A DNA stretch of 64,000 nucleotides from the human T2T-CHM13v2.0 reference genome, Homo sapiens (GCF_009914755.1 NC_060933.1); one strand, 5' to 3'; shown: positions 23,428 through 38,625, counted from the first letter of the stretch. Program-made: numbers and translations. Notes: generated from the letters alone by a model not told the origin.

Positions 23428-26009
23428 CTGGTTAAAGAATTACACAATGAGTACCCCAAAATCCTAGTAAAAACATGCAAGATTATATGTACTCTACTAT
23501 TGATTTAGCTAAAAATGCAGGACTGTTTTATGTTTTCACCATACATGGCCATAAGTATAAAATATTTTTACATCGGGGGGAAGAAAAACGTAACCAAACA
23601 AAATTAAAACCTTGCTTTAGAATCAACGTACCATAGCGTAGAGCTGAACACTAAGACTCTTGTCTAGTCTGTTTTTTCCTTGATGAGACATAGGAGCATA
23701 AAGGAAAGGAATGGGGAAAATAGGATAAATACCAAGTTTGTAAAGAAAACCCATTGAACAAGCATGTCTTAAATTCCTATAATGTGCAGGAAGCTAGAAG
23801 CACCATGTAGGTTTTAAGCATGTATGCACAGCCCTGAACCTTGTCCTGAATGAATTTCTAATCAAGTTTGCCAAGAGTTTAGTATCTCTGCTTCCTAAGG
23901 ATGGACCAATGATTTTCTTTCCATTTTTGAAAAATTAAGTGAAAGACTTTGGTCCAGCTTCACCCCATCCAGAGGAACCTGGCACAGAATACTTCTTAAT
24001 GGAAGAAGCAGTTTACAACGCGTCTGTGTTCAAGGTCACCTTCCGTTTATGTAGCAATTTAGATTTTGCCAAATGCCAGGCATGTAACAAAATGTGTCCA
24101 GTCTACTGATTGACTGTAAAGAAAACTGTACAATAATAACAACATCAAGAAATATTTTGTTAGTCCAAAGGAATACTTTGTATCAATAAATGAGGCTGAG
24201 AGGACAATAGAGAATGGTTAAACTGATTATGGCCTGTGCCTTGGCTGTTGGTAAAAATTGGATTTCTAAAGAAATATGTCCACATATTCCTCTTAAAGCA
24301 GAGAAGGCTATAAAAACTCTGATTCAATAAATGTTTTCAGTTGATATTTACAGAAACTGAAGAATCAAAAGAAAGTATGTAAAATTACAGCCATTCTCCC
24401 CTGACAGGAATACTGAACTGTCTCAACTGATATAATATGTTGAATTAAAGATCAGAAGTCATCTAATCCAGTCATCCATCTGAGCTTGAATGCGCTTTGC
24501 AACATTTCTGGCAAGCAAATGTCCAGGCTCTCCAAGAACATCTCATTCTTTCTTGGACCTGAATGTTAAGTTTTTGTTTTTAAGCTATTAGAATAAAATC
24601 TATTTGCTATAGGTCCTACCCATTGGTTTTGTGTTTGAATTTCCCTCCTGTGCAATTAAAGAATAACGCCTCGAATGAGGGTAGGGCTCCTAGAGTCTAA
24701 GTCTGACACTAGGGTAGGACTGGTGGGAAGAGCTCCAAGAGGGAGATCCTAAAAACAATGTCAAAGAGTTGACAGAGAAATAGTAAAAGTGAAATCTTTG
24801 TCCAGAGGATGCAAGGCAGAGAGGTAAAAATTAGCCCTGACCTGGAAATACAACAGGACAGAGTATGACGAAGAAAGCAGAGTTAGAAGACAGACAAGAA
24901 TTAGAACTTAGAAACAGTCCTTAAAATATTCAGTGACAGGCAGGGGATGGGGGGAGGTCCTTAGCCCTAAAGCCTAAGCAGTGAGAGCTATTCAGAAACA
25001 CCGTAGCCACAATGCATCTTGCTTCTTCCTTTTTAGGTACAAGAAGATAAATATCCTGAATAATCCAATACAAGGACCCCAGTCTCTTCAGATGATTCTA
25101 TAATCTTGAATCCTTTCGCAAACCCCATATATGCTCCTCTATAGGTGCTGATTATTGTTTACTCATCTTAGTGTGTGGTTTCAGGGACTCAAGTGTCATG
25201 TCTTCCTGCATGCACTCAGCCAAGAAAGAAGTCAATCAACTGCTTTTCCACTGTGTTAAACCACTGAATACCAACAAAAATGTTATCAACTATAATAAGT
25301 AGATCTCTTTATATCTGCAAATATGTACCAGGTAAAGTAACTGGCAGAAAGTCACATGGTGAGAAAGACACATGATGAGAAAGACACTGGCAGACAGCAT
25401 AGGTGAGATTTGGATTGAGGCCATCTTACCATAAAACCTGAGCTCTTAACTTTCATGCTATGCTGCCACATATTTTTATATGGCACATGCTTCGTAGACT
25501 TGTGCAATTCCTTCCTTGCTTCCAATGGTAAGAACATGGAGTATGCTTACATTCTACACTTGGCTCTGGCATTAATTAGCTGCAGGAAAGTTACTTAACC
25601 TTTCTCTTGCAGATTGTTCCACCAAAAATGCATATCCATGTGTTCTATTTTAAGCATTCTGATATCCACAGAAAATATACTTTCTCTGCAGTGAAGCAGC
25701 TAGTCACAGCACAGGACAATCCAGGCCATCCTCTTGTCTGTGCTTGGAGGAAGCACAGTGCTCAAAGTGGCTTTCTTTCTAATAACTTTTGAGTATTTTA
25801 AGGCCCTAGAACTTAACAGGACTCAGATGTTACCTGGTGTATTCTTTAAGTAAGTCATTTGACACAATATTTCAGAGGGACATTGAAATAATTGATTTTA
25901 CCAGTTTGACAGGAAGCACCAGGAAACTATAACCAACTCATGCCATTAACCCTACAATGGAAATCCTGGAGTGTGGCTGAGCTTTGTAAGTGTAAAGTAA
26001 ATATAGGCG

Positions 26010-26142
26010 TCTCCCCTATCCCTCGTATCCTTGGGTCCAACATCCATGGATTAAACCAACAGCAGACCAAAAATATTTGGGAAAAAAATAGATGGTTGCA
26101 TCTGCAAAATACATGTGCAGACTTTTTTTTCTTGTCATTATT

Positions 26143-26200
<58 letters not shown>

Positions 26201-26392
26201 GGTACTTACATAGCTTTTACATTGTATTAGGTATTATAAGGAATCTAGAGATGATTTAAACTATATGGGAGAATGTGCATAGGTTATGTGCGAATACTAC
26301 ACCCTTTTATATAAGGGATTGAGCATCTGTGGATTTTGGTATCCATGGGGAGTCCTGAAACCAATCCCCAACAGATAATGAGGGACAATTAT
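26010..26392 (-). mobile_element. MER2-like (TcMar-Tigger) DNA element containing a (TA)n microsatellite at about 26148-26194
   Basis: minus-strand terminus ttgtccctcattatctgttggggattggtttcaggactcc. Confidence 0.8.
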
Positions 26393-26596
26393 ACTCCTTT
26401 TCCCATAATATTCATGAGGCCCCAAGGACCATGCCATTCCTTCCCTTTATTAAACAAATAACATACCTTCCCCTTCCCTGACACTTTCTGTATTCTGTAG
26501 TCATCTGTAATGTGCAGAGGAATCAGTGAAGCAAGATCACAATGAATGCAAGGTCACTGGAGACCGTGGTGTTCTGGGATGTTCTGACATCCTCTA

Positions 26597-26909
<313 letters not shown>

Positions 26910-27305
26910 AATTGTAGAACTCTCTTCTGAGAAGACCTCAGAGTGCTTGCAAGGCCATTTCTGCTCTACCACATGCTTACAAGAAATTTGGTAGTCAGTT
27001 GCCAGCACAACTGAAAAACACAGGCCCACAACTGAGAGTGTAAAATGGTACATTCTTCATGGAAAAGCAGTTTGACATTATTTCTCTCCCTGATCTTGAC
27101 TCAGTCAGCAGCAGCATCAAAACCCAGTTCCTGCCTTTCCTAAGAAAAAAGAAAACGTTCCCTTTATTATTTAAAGGCTCTTAATACTTTGTATATCAAG
27201 TGCCTTTAAAAAGCCAAACACTGTTTCCTAACATGCATATATGCTAACGGGTTCAGCTCAACATTCTCCAAAAGAGCAAGAAAATTACAAATAAAAAATG
27301 TTTCT

Positions 27306-27610
27306 GGTCTAGGCATGGTGGTGCATGCCTGTGAATCCCAGCACTTTGGCAGGACGAGGTGGGCAGACTGCTTAAGCTCAGAAGTTTGAGACCAGCCTGA
27401 GCAATATGGCAAAACCCCATCTCTACAAAAAATACAGAATTAGCCTGATGTGGTGGCACACACCTATAATCCCAGCTACCTGGGAGGCTGAGGTGGGAGG
27501 ATTGCATGAACCCAGCAGGTAGAGGCTGCAGTTAACTGTAATGGCACCACTGTACTCTAGCCTGAGCAACAGAGTGAGGCTCTGCCTCAAAAAAAAAAAA
27601 AAGAAAAAAA
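27306..27610 (+). mobile_element. AluJ
   Basis: diverged dimer, gaggtgggaggattgc, A-tail. Confidence 0.93.
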
Positions 27611-28015
27611 TTCTGAATTTGTATGCATGTTAATAAAAGAATAAATAACATTTCTGAAGAAGTTTGCTAATATTAAAAGAGTAAAAAAATCATACAATTT
27701 CTTACGTTCTAAGAAATTAATGGAATAATACTCATTTGGGGCAAATTATCAAAACTCAACATGTTAAAAGTGCTACATTGTGTGGTAAAATTAAATATTA
27801 ATTTATTAATTTGAATATTTATATATTTCTCAAATTTTCCATACTATATAATAATTACTTATATAATTGAGGGAAAGGGAAGAATATTTTTTAAAATCTT
27901 GAAAGAGGAAAAGGATTCAGACCTTTTCTTTGCTCTAGTCCTCCCTGACTCTGAATTCCAAATTCTCTACAACTTGCTGTACCATTCATTGTATTAGATT
28001 TAATGTTTCACTTAC

Positions 28016-28120
28016 CTGCCAGTGTATGAAGAAAAAATATCCAGTGCCATTACTCTTCCAGATTGTTGTCCCAAGCTTATTTTGAACTCTTCCAAATGTT
28101 CTGCAGGCACATAAGTAATT
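28016..28120 (-). CDS. MPDZ: MPDZ exon, 105 nt: (K)ITYVPAEHLEEFKISLGQQSGRVMALDIFSSYTG(R)
   Basis: ttccag| and AG|gtaagt; phase 2-2. Confidence 0.96.
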
Positions 28121-30691
28121 CTGGAACAAACCAGAATCCATGGAAGTGAAGGGAAATAATATTTTGCCTAATTGTTAGGAAAAGCTTCTAAAATAAAGGA
28201 AACAAATCATATTGTCCCTTTCTCCCTACTTTTTCATACAACTCATTTAATCAGTATATTCAGCAGAGAATCCAAACTTCAATAGGATAAAGTATTCTAT
28301 AGGGAAGAGTAACAACAGAAACTAAGTTTTTAAATGCTGCTGATTAACTATGTGTTTACCAATCATCATGCAGAGAAGGAAAACAATTATTTATATTATC
28401 AAATGAAAAGGCTAACAACAATTTTTTTTAAATTAGGAAGATCTATAAATCCCTAGAATAATGATTGTCAGCAATAACATTAATTTTGCCCAAAGATTTC
28501 TGGGATCTCTAGCAGAAACAAATTAGGTATACTCTATTAAAATGCTGAATATCACAAATTACTTTGCATCTTTCTATAATACATAATTAATTCTAGAGAT
28601 TAACAAGCATTTTCAATAATTATGTTAGCTCTATTAAGTTATGAACTCTTAAGTCTGAAGTATGAGATTAAACCATTTGAGTTTATGGAAAGACTCTTAC
28701 TAATTTGAAGCAATTTTAAAAAATTCACTTTGGTCTCAAAGAAAAGACTACTATTTACACGTGAATGGCCATTTACTAATTCAACAAGTACTGACTGAAT
28801 GCCTATTATGCGGAAGACACTGTGCCAGATGCTGACTCCTGCTGTAATGTTTAGAAACTGATAAATGAAAATTCAAGTCTACTGCTGTCCTGCTGTCCTG
28901 CTTCTGACATGGTGGACATACTTTTTAAAGTAAACTGTTTCAAGATCTTCAAATTAATGAATAGTAACATAAGAGAAATACTGTATCTGAACTCAATACA
29001 GCATGTTTGTGCAACTAAAAATTAGAAATCACAAAGATTATTAAACCCTCTGTCCATAATTTATCTGTTAAAATAATAAGTATACAAAACCTCAGCACTG
29101 GAGGGCAAAGATAAAAAGATTGTCTTTTATGTTGTAATAAAATAAAAATTTATACCAATGTCATAATTTACTGAAAGAGGAGTATACATAATTTCAAATA
29201 TATTGGTTATTCTATAGAAAGCATTCACTCTTTCACTTCAAAGTGCGAGGTCACTTGGGTTTGGAGTCGGAAGACACAGTTCTGCTACCACGCAGAGTGT
29301 CATGGGGTAAATCACCACTGCTGAACCTCCATACCCTCTACCACAAAAAGGATGTCACTTTTGTGAAGCTACTGTAAGCTGAGGAGCACAATCCAAATAG
29401 AAGTGAGTGCTATCACAGGTCATCAGCTCTCCTGGTCATACTGATCACTTGGGCAGAATACATGGGGCCTCTGGGAATCTCTTCGTGACACTTTTACCTC
29501 AAAGGTCAAAAACTGAATCAAAGTACAGATCAATGGATTTAAGACTAGGCTAGCTGAAAAAGTTGCATTCCAATTCTGGCCCTATTTAATTTATTCATCT
29601 ATAAAGACATCTTCTCTATGGTGCTACAAAAATATATTGAATAGCAAATTTGCTTTTAGCCCTTCAAATAATACATTATGTCAGGAAAGAAGACTGATTA
29701 TATTTTAAACAATGAAAAAATAAAATAAAGATAAACATAAAACCTAAAATGTGAAAAGCTTATTCAAGAAAACTGGTATTATTCCTAAAGATTCAGTAAA
29801 ACTCATATAAATAAAACGTAAGTTTAAAAAGCCAGGAAAAGGTCAGGGAAGAAAGGCAGGATAGAATAGCAAAAATAATAGCAATCAGTACGAAGTCTTT
29901 AATTTTTTATTGGTTTGAGAAAGAAGGTAAAGATGTTTCCATCCCAAACAATGTTAAAAATGAGTTTTTCTTTATATTTGTTCAAAGTTGTTTTTTATTT
30001 TACCGAAAGGTGAGGAGTGTAGGCATTTACAAATATTTTTCTGATACTTTGCATAGCAGTGAGAAAGAGTAGAGACGGTAGTTTTCCTAACTATTTAGCC
30101 ACTACAGAGAGTGAGGCCACCAGAACAAGCATCCCACAATGCAACAGAACATGCAGAGCCATGCTAGCACAAGCCTGGTCACAGGATCATACAGAACTTC
30201 CAAATCGCCAGCAAAAATGCCAAAGCTAAATTATGAGCTGCGAGAACACACTGAAATGCTTATTTGAGAGTTGAATTAAAAATTCAAACTAACTTTTGGA
30301 TACACATGGACTAACTTTTGGTTACACATGGACTAGAAGAAAAAAGAATACCATTAGAGATGCTGAAATGTGATATGGCTATTAATGCAGAGACTATTCC
30401 TGCACGTGCAGACAGGATCGTTCCCTTACAAAGGAGCTTGAAAGCTTCATAATTGGAAAATATGATTTTCAAATGAGTTCACAATCATCAGTACAATGTG
30501 AAAACGTAACAATCTCATAGCTCTGTTGGATTTTATGTTCTTATTTAAACAAAGAAAACAATCTAAAATGTATATACAAAATCTATATCTGGATCTATTC
30601 TTGCATTGGGACATTACAAAAGCACAAAATTGTTTTCACAGACAAGTTGTAACACACAGCCATAATGAGCTTTCGAATCACTGATACTCAC

Positions 30692-30733
30692 ACATAAAAG
30701 GGGGCTCGATCGTCAGCAGGTGCTGCAGAAAAT
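30692..30733 (-). CDS. MPDZ: Candidate alternative MPDZ exon, 42 nt: (K)FSAAPADDRAPFY(V); may also be the 3' end of an internal first exon
   Basis: cacattctag| and TGT|gtgagt; phase 2-2 matches the host intron; stop-free; local CpG cluster. Confidence 0.7.
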
Positions 30734-33690
30734 CTAGAATGTGAAGCATACGCCGCGGCATCTTTTTACAATGGTGTTAACAAATGTCAATGTCTTGTGC
30801 TGAATGTGAGATGCATACATATGTAGTTAAAAGTGGGTGCTCCTGGTTGTTTTTTTTCCCCCTTTCCACCTCCCTCCCATCTACACCTCCCCCAGAAAAG
30901 CATCTGCTCTTTACTAGTGTCTATAGCAGTGATTATTAACAAGCATGAAAAAATGTAACTGCAATCAGTCTTTTATTCCTTGATCAGGAATTCATCCCAC
31001 ACTTTAGGTTAAGGCAGGTGAATTCTGATTCAGCTCAGTAATTATCTGGCAGATGTTATAAGCAGCTGCTGCTAAGCACAAAACCCTGGCTATTATTACA
31101 GAAATATAAGAGCTCCTGGCAAGGTGGAGGGAGAAGTGAAACAGAATGCATTCTGGTGAGGCTTCGCATCTGGTTTTCCATAGAAAATAATGAAACCTGG
31201 ATCTTAAACTGGCTGTTCTTGAACTCTTGAAACTCAAATTATCTACCCATGCATGCATGAACACACACACACAAAAGTTCCTAGCTATCTATCGTAAATG
31301 GCAAAAAAGAAATCCAGTGCATTCTCTCAATAAGCAATGCTTTCCCTAAAACCAATCAGTTATGTAACTCAACCACAGTCTCCTTTTTTAAAGTTCCTAC
31401 AATACACCCCTCCACCACCACCCAGATTAAGCTAGGTTCATAAAGAAAAATAATGAGAAAGAGATGTGGATGGAGCCTAGATCCAGGTAATGAGCACAAA
31501 GCTTAATGGGCCTGAGGCAATGTTATGGTTCTATTCAGAGTAATGGAAGGACTAAAAGTTCCTTTTGGGAAGATTATTCACATAGCTTTCAAGGTAATTC
31601 TAAACCTTTTGCTTCACGAAACAAGTGGTAAGGGCCAAAAACACTTCATGCAAAATGCACAGAACATGCTGCTCAGCCCTGGTCAACCTAAATGGCTCTT
31701 TGTGTTTTAAAATCTAACATATTTTTTTTTCTGAAAAAGCATTATGTAAGGATGATTTTAGTTTATTTTTATCATTACTCAATGAGTTAAGCTATAAGCA
31801 TTTGAATCAGAGTATCTTTAAGGCATGTGAGAAGAAATCAACGTGTTTTGAATGTCTGCATGTGTGTTTACGTACACGAGAGAGAGACTCACTGACTGAA
31901 TGAATGGATGACTGATTTCCAGAGGAGGGAAGGTTGTACGATTTTTCTTCTTTTTAAAATAATTTAAGATTCTATAGTACATTTTGCCTCCTGAGATCCT
32001 AAAGCAAGTACTTATGAAGCTAGCTCTCTAGATACCCTTCATAGTCATAATAAAGCTTCTGCCCACATGATAGGGTAAATTCTGCTGAATCAGTGGGAGA
32101 GGGGAAACGGAAATACACAACAAAAAAATGAGGAAAGGGGAAAAAAGACTTTGAGCCTGAAAATGTACTTCAAAAGTTTTCTAGAGTTGACCAGATGCAT
32201 GACTTATGCCAAACTGGTGTCACAATGGTCTTATTTTTTAACGACTTTTAAAGTTCTGCAGTACATTAGAACTGAGTGGTAGGGCTAGTACCAAGTACTA
32301 ATTCTGGTGATCAGAATGCCAAAAAGTGGGCAGCAGACTGGTATCAGCACACACAGCATAAATGTACATCATGGCACAACAAATCAGATGAACAGTTACT
32401 AGTCCATCTGCATTTTATACTACATCTAATCCACATAAACTAAAACCCTGCGATAAATACATAGTCTCCACATGATCTAGTCATGGAACACTGGCCATAA
32501 GCGGTAAAGAAAACACTTGAAGTTTCTCTTTTCTTATGATAAAAGGACTGACATTTTTAATGATGTTTACTTGTACTCCAATTATTATAAGGCAGTTAAG
32601 GAACAGTAATATGATCTGATGATCTGTTCAACTGTAAACAAAAGTCAAAAAAGCATACACAAATATGAAAGCCCATTAGTGAAGATTTTGCCTAAAAATA
32701 ATACTTTTTATATAAGACAGCGGAATCTGCTCCAAATGGTATATACTTTTCTTCTTTTTATTGACCACAGAATGAAAAACAGTCTGTACAGCTTTTGTTA
32801 CCTAAGCCCTAGCAATACATACTTTGCAAAAGGACTAGTAATAGAGAATGTAGTCAGTAAAATAACATTAATACAAAAAAGTCCCCCATACTAGTAATCA
32901 TTACATCGATTTTAGGTAAACAATCTTTCCCTGAGCTCTTATTTTATGATGTTATCCCTCATACATTAAAAACAAATATTCAATGATTAATGCTAGAGGA
33001 AAATGCCACATTGATGAAGTGTCACAATAAAGTAATGAGCTGATTTTTATGTTGGCTCAAGGAATGGTTAGTGACTTAAAAAACAAACCACATATATGAT
33101 GTGCTTTTAGTACATTATGGGGTTATTGGAAATTTTAAGCACTTCCTGACAAAATATCCTCCATGACCTACAAACAGACCATATCAACATATTGGTCTAT
33201 CCCCTGGGGTCATGAGATAGCTCAAGAAACGGTAAGTTTTGGGTCAGATGGACACTGTTTTATGTTGTCTTTTGCATGCCTGGCCCTTAAAGAACTGTCT
33301 TAGTTCTAGGATTCACACAGGTCAATTAGGTAGGGTACAATTCCTTATATCAAAGCCAATCCAAACATCTTTCCAAGATCCTAAAAGTGGGCCCTCTTGC
33401 TCTGTGAGAATCATTGCATCCCTCACTTCTATGGTTGTTGTAGAAATCACTGGAGAAGTATAATTAAAAATACAAAGCAACGTTTCCAAATTTTTAATAC
33501 TGATATAGTCTCAAAGAAACTAAACTTACAATCGAGAACTACTCAAAAATAGTCAATTTCTTGAGTGATTTATGTTAAAAAAAATGTGATAACGTTTGCA
33601 TCTCAAACAGAAGTGAATACTGAAAAAGAATTCTGATTAATTGAAATTCCTGAATTTCCCAAGTTAAACTGGGCTTCAAATGATACTTAC

Positions 33691-33889
33691 TTTATGTCAG
33701 GGCCAATGAGAGAATGTCTTCTCAACATAGCTCGTGCCTGGGCATTGGTTACACTGATGGTAGACTCTTCATTAATGGACAAGATGCAGTCCCCAATGGC
33801 AATCCGGCCATCTCGACTAATGGCACCTCCATGAATAATGCTTCGAACGATCATCCCCAAGCCATCTTTATTAGCACTAACTGTCATTC
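33691..33889 (-). CDS. MPDZ: MPDZ exon, 199 nt, PDZ6: (G)MTVSANKDGLGMIVRSIIHGG...HSLIGPDI(K)
   Basis: ctgtag| and AA|gtaagt; phase 1 to 2. Confidence 0.97.
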
Positions 33890-34349
33890 CTACAGGAAAA
33901 GAGAAATGCAAATATAATTAAATACATGATTTTTCAATTCATTTTAATTTGAATTTAATAATTTCTATGATTTATAGATTAAAAAATACAAGTAACATTT
34001 CAGTCAATAAAAAGCATAGCAAAAACAGGAAAAAGTGTTTCTAACAAAAAATATTTTTAAGTAAATTGTAAATGTTTGTGAAATTGTATATAGTCAATAC
34101 ATTATAAACAAAACAGATCTACATTGTGGAATGAATGTAATTTAGACCATGTGATGTGCTGACCCCTTGAATAGAAAGGTCTCTCAGGGAGAGTACTATG
34201 ATAGTATCAAATCAGTTTTACAATATTAGTTCAGCTTTTACACATAAAAGAGAATAAAAGGACTACAAAAGGAAAATTCATCATGTAAATTAAGCAATTA
34301 TCCGCTATTACCTTAATTCTTTATCACTTGTTTATTCAGGATCTATTTA

Positions 34350-35330
34350 CTATATGGCTAATATGTGCCAAGTACTATGTTGGTTGCTTAGGATAACAGC
34401 ATAGCACAGAATTCCTAACATCAAGAAGCCTGTATTGAAGTCTTCATACCTGGAGCCTACCACAGTGGTGTGGGAAAGTATAACAGTTTGTTGAAATGAA
34501 TTTATATGAACTTAATCTATTTCCATTTTATCTCTGAACTTCTTTAAGCTTCTAATTTGGATATTAAATTGCCCTCTTTTCACATCCCCTGGATGTCTCA
34601 CAGGAAATGCAATCTTAGCATGTATAAAATTGAACCTGCAATTTTTCACCTCACTTTATTTCTCCATTTTTCTTCCCTTTTTTGGTAAATTGCACTACCA
34701 CACTACCCTCCATTATTCAAAGTAGAAATACCGGGGTCTTTCTTGATGCATACCTCTCTCTTATCCCCTATATTTAATCCAACACCAAATCCTGTCATTT
34801 CTATCTTCAAAATTTATCTTGAATCCATTTACCTTTTTCCATTTAGACACTAACTCCAGACTAAGGCAACACCTTCTCTTGCCTGACTTTTTGCAAAAGC
34901 CTCCTTCCTAACTGGTCACCTGCCTTCCATGATTGTCTCCTTCAATGCATACTTCCCTCAGAAGACAGAGAGGCCATTACAAAAAAAAAGACAAGTAATA
35001 TCCTATCAGTCCCTTGGCTGCAACTCTTCAATAGTTTCCTGTTATAGTAATACACAACATACTTGCTCAGCACAGTCTGTAGGACAGGGGTACACTGGCC
35101 TTTGCAGTGTGCATCCTTGCTTTGTGTTATGTCCTTCTTGGTTCCCTAAGTTCTAGCCACAAATGCATCTCGTCTCTGTCCGTTTTGAAGTCTTTGCCTG
35201 ACACCTTCTTTCTGCAGCTCTTGCACAGCTAACTCCCTCTCACTCTTCAATATCACTTCCTCAGAAAGTCCTTCTCAACAGACTCTATCTGAATTAATGT
35301 TCCCTTTGCATCCTATCCTCATTCTATTCG
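34350..35330. mobile_element. Degraded L2 fragments (approximate bounds)
   Basis: tggatgtctcacagg...cttagcatg and caaatcctgtcatttctatcttcaaaat motifs. Confidence 0.6.
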
Positions 35331-37669
35331 TTGAAAAATATAAAATCTTATAAATTATATTTGAAACTTTGCAAAAATAATGTAAGTTCACTTAAAACGA
35401 AGTGCTGAAAGTTTCTTCCAAAACAAAATTATATAATTAAACAAGCTATGGAGAGATATAAAGCTACCAGGGTATTTATAAAAACTTTTCTTTGACAGAT
35501 GTCACAAATTCCTTTTTAGGTTTTTATATATTTAAAAAATGATGTCTTTCCAAATATTAATTCTACTCATACCAAATTAGATATGATATTTCAAACATTT
35601 TAAAAAATGATTCTGATTTTGTTTCTAGCCTAATATTTCATAGTGGATGTGGGCAATTCAGGCTCCTACTTACTGTTTTCTGATAGAAATAAAACATTTT
35701 TAAATGTACTTAAAATATTCTGTTAAGACTCATACTAACGATTTTGAAGTGTATTGTTAAGAAGACACCTCTGCTTACCATAAAACAATAAGATACCGTT
35801 TCGGGTGAGAAAAAAGGCTGAATCTGAAATTTTTCAAAAGGTACTCCATTTTGTACTGTTAAAGCCAGCCTTCCCACCAATACCCACAATATAACTGTAC
35901 TTTGGTAAAATAAAAATGTGTCAGCACAAAGTAAAATTTAACTCAGTGGATCACAGTGGGAATCTAACTTACCATCTTGTTCTTATTAGCACCATGCAGA
36001 CTACAATAAGGCAAGACACAGACATGGAACCTATCATGAGCTATGGCCAACATGATCTCTGAATTCACTTTTAATAGCATATTTAACTCACGATTCTCAG
36101 CTATTAAGGCTGTCAGGTCACATCAACCATGTAAACCAAGAGGTCAACATCAGTTAGCTGAGCTTATACTTTCCTTTCACCAAATGACAATTTTCCAGGT
36201 GCAATAACTTGGAGGTAATCTCCACTAACCAGATTTTGGTTGTAACTTGTAAGATCTCTCAATTTTTTTCCTGGAAGAAGTATTAAAGAATATCCCAAAT
36301 CCCAAATCCCAAATCATGTGCTTTGTAAATAGAGAACTGGTTACAAACCTGAATTCCACCACTTCCAATCAGCACAAGCTTGCAACTGACTTAACCTCAC
36401 ACAGAGCCTCAGTTTACTTACCTTTAAAAAGGGATGACATTTACTCTTAGGGTTGTTTAAAGAACTAAGTGAGAAACACATATGTAATAGTACTTTGAAA
36501 ATACCTGACACAAAGTGTACGACAAAATTTAGTCACAAAACTAAAAACAAAACAAAACTCATAAAATATGTTTAAAATGCATCTCTCCCCCAAACCAAGG
36601 TTACATTGCTCCCTAAAGACTAAATGCAAATCTTAATTCAGCTTCAAAATGAAGCCTGTTAGTACAACAATCATAATGTGCCCTTGGGTAACTCAAGTAC
36701 TGAATGTATTGTACGGTCTATGTGAAAATCAGAGACAGACAGGCTTGAGTTCTGACTCTACCTCTTTAAGGGTTGAGTAATTTCAGAGAAATTCCTGAGT
36801 CTGTCTATGTTTCTGTATCTAATCAGTGAAGGGAAGATAAAGACTTCCTTTCTTTTCCCCTGAAGAACCTTGTTTTTTTACCTTCAAGTCCAAACACCAC
36901 ATCATTAAGCAAGGGACCACAGACTTATCAAAAAGCATCAAGATTAGAATTTTTCAAAGGTCACTATATGCACGTGTATATTTATTAATGTATCTGTATT
37001 TCTGTATATATTTTCACTCTAAATTTAACAAAATTCAAAAACCCAAATGATTCATGAAATCAAAACAATGGATTATGACAGCCTTTACAGAAAGCTGTCA
37101 TTTATTAATAACTTCTTCTGGTCATCACTAGACAAAGAAAAAATTAGCCACAAAGCTAAAACTGCAAACAACTGCATATAGCTGATTAAGGGGAGACTAT
37201 GAATCTAAGAAAATGAGCTCATTGATAGACCTCTTCATAATATACTTTTCCACTAGCACAAACCCAGCCTCTATTTAGACTTCCTAACATACTATTTATC
37301 ACACTTTTTGTTACTTTAAGTTATACAGCCAAAACCTTCCTACACTAAAGCTTAATTTAATGCTTTAATATTTACATAGATTTTTCAAGATTCCTTTACA
37401 TTTAGTTATTCGAAGTGCTATAGAAATCTGAACATTTAGCATCTCCTCTGAAATGAGGTAACAGAGTAATGTAATGTTGTTGCCTTGGCATGCAGTAAAT
37501 TTTAACTCCAAAATGCCAGAGGAACCTCACTGGGTCCCAGGAAATCAAAACGCCAGGGAGAAAGCCCTATAAACATATTGGGCATAGCATATCAATAATG
37601 GAAATGAAGCAGAAAAGTTAAACTAATTGTGATTTACACTTTTATATTACAGTGTGAATGGTAAACTAA

Positions 37670-38013
<344 letters not shown>

Positions 38014-38194
38014 AAATGTTTTACTTTCACTAAAAAAATGACAGGGCTCTTTTATACTTTAATTTTAAAGTCAGGCTGTTGAGGGAGGTTTAAATGGGTT
38101 TCTAGATGTGATGGAAAGGAAGGACACTTCTACCTTTCACTGTTTTCTTCCAATAACTTAATTAACCTAGTATATTTTATATCAAAACTTAAAA

Positions 38195-38625
38195 ACTAAG
38201 GTGGAAGCAACTCAAGTGTCCATCAGTAGATGAATAAATAAACAAAGTATAGTGTATACATACAATGGAATATTATTCAGCCTTAAAAAGGAAATTCTGA
38301 CACATGCTACAACATGGATGAACCTAAAAGACATTATACACAGTCAAATATGGACAAATACTGTATGATTTCACCTACATGAAGCATTTCATCAAATTCA
38401 TAGAGACAGAAAAATGAATGGTAGTTGACAGGGGACTGGTAGAGAGAGCAATGGGGAATAATTGTTTAATGGATACAGCGTTTCAATTGGGGAACCCAAA
38501 AAACGTTCTGGAGATGGATGGTGATGATGGCTACACAACAATGTGAGTGCACTTAATGCCACAGAAATGTACTCTTAAAAATGATGAAAATGGTCAATTT
38601 TATGCTGTGTCTATTTTACAATAAA
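38195..38625 (+). mobile_element. L1M 3'UTR fragment
   Basis: tacaatggaatattattcagcc, catgctacaacatggatgaacc, gttctggagatggatggtg. Confidence 0.88.

Noticed and set aside
30288-30331. 22-bp tandem duplication actaacttttgg(a/t)tacacatgg
   Set aside because: Only two copies and no spacers; ordinary slippage, not an array.
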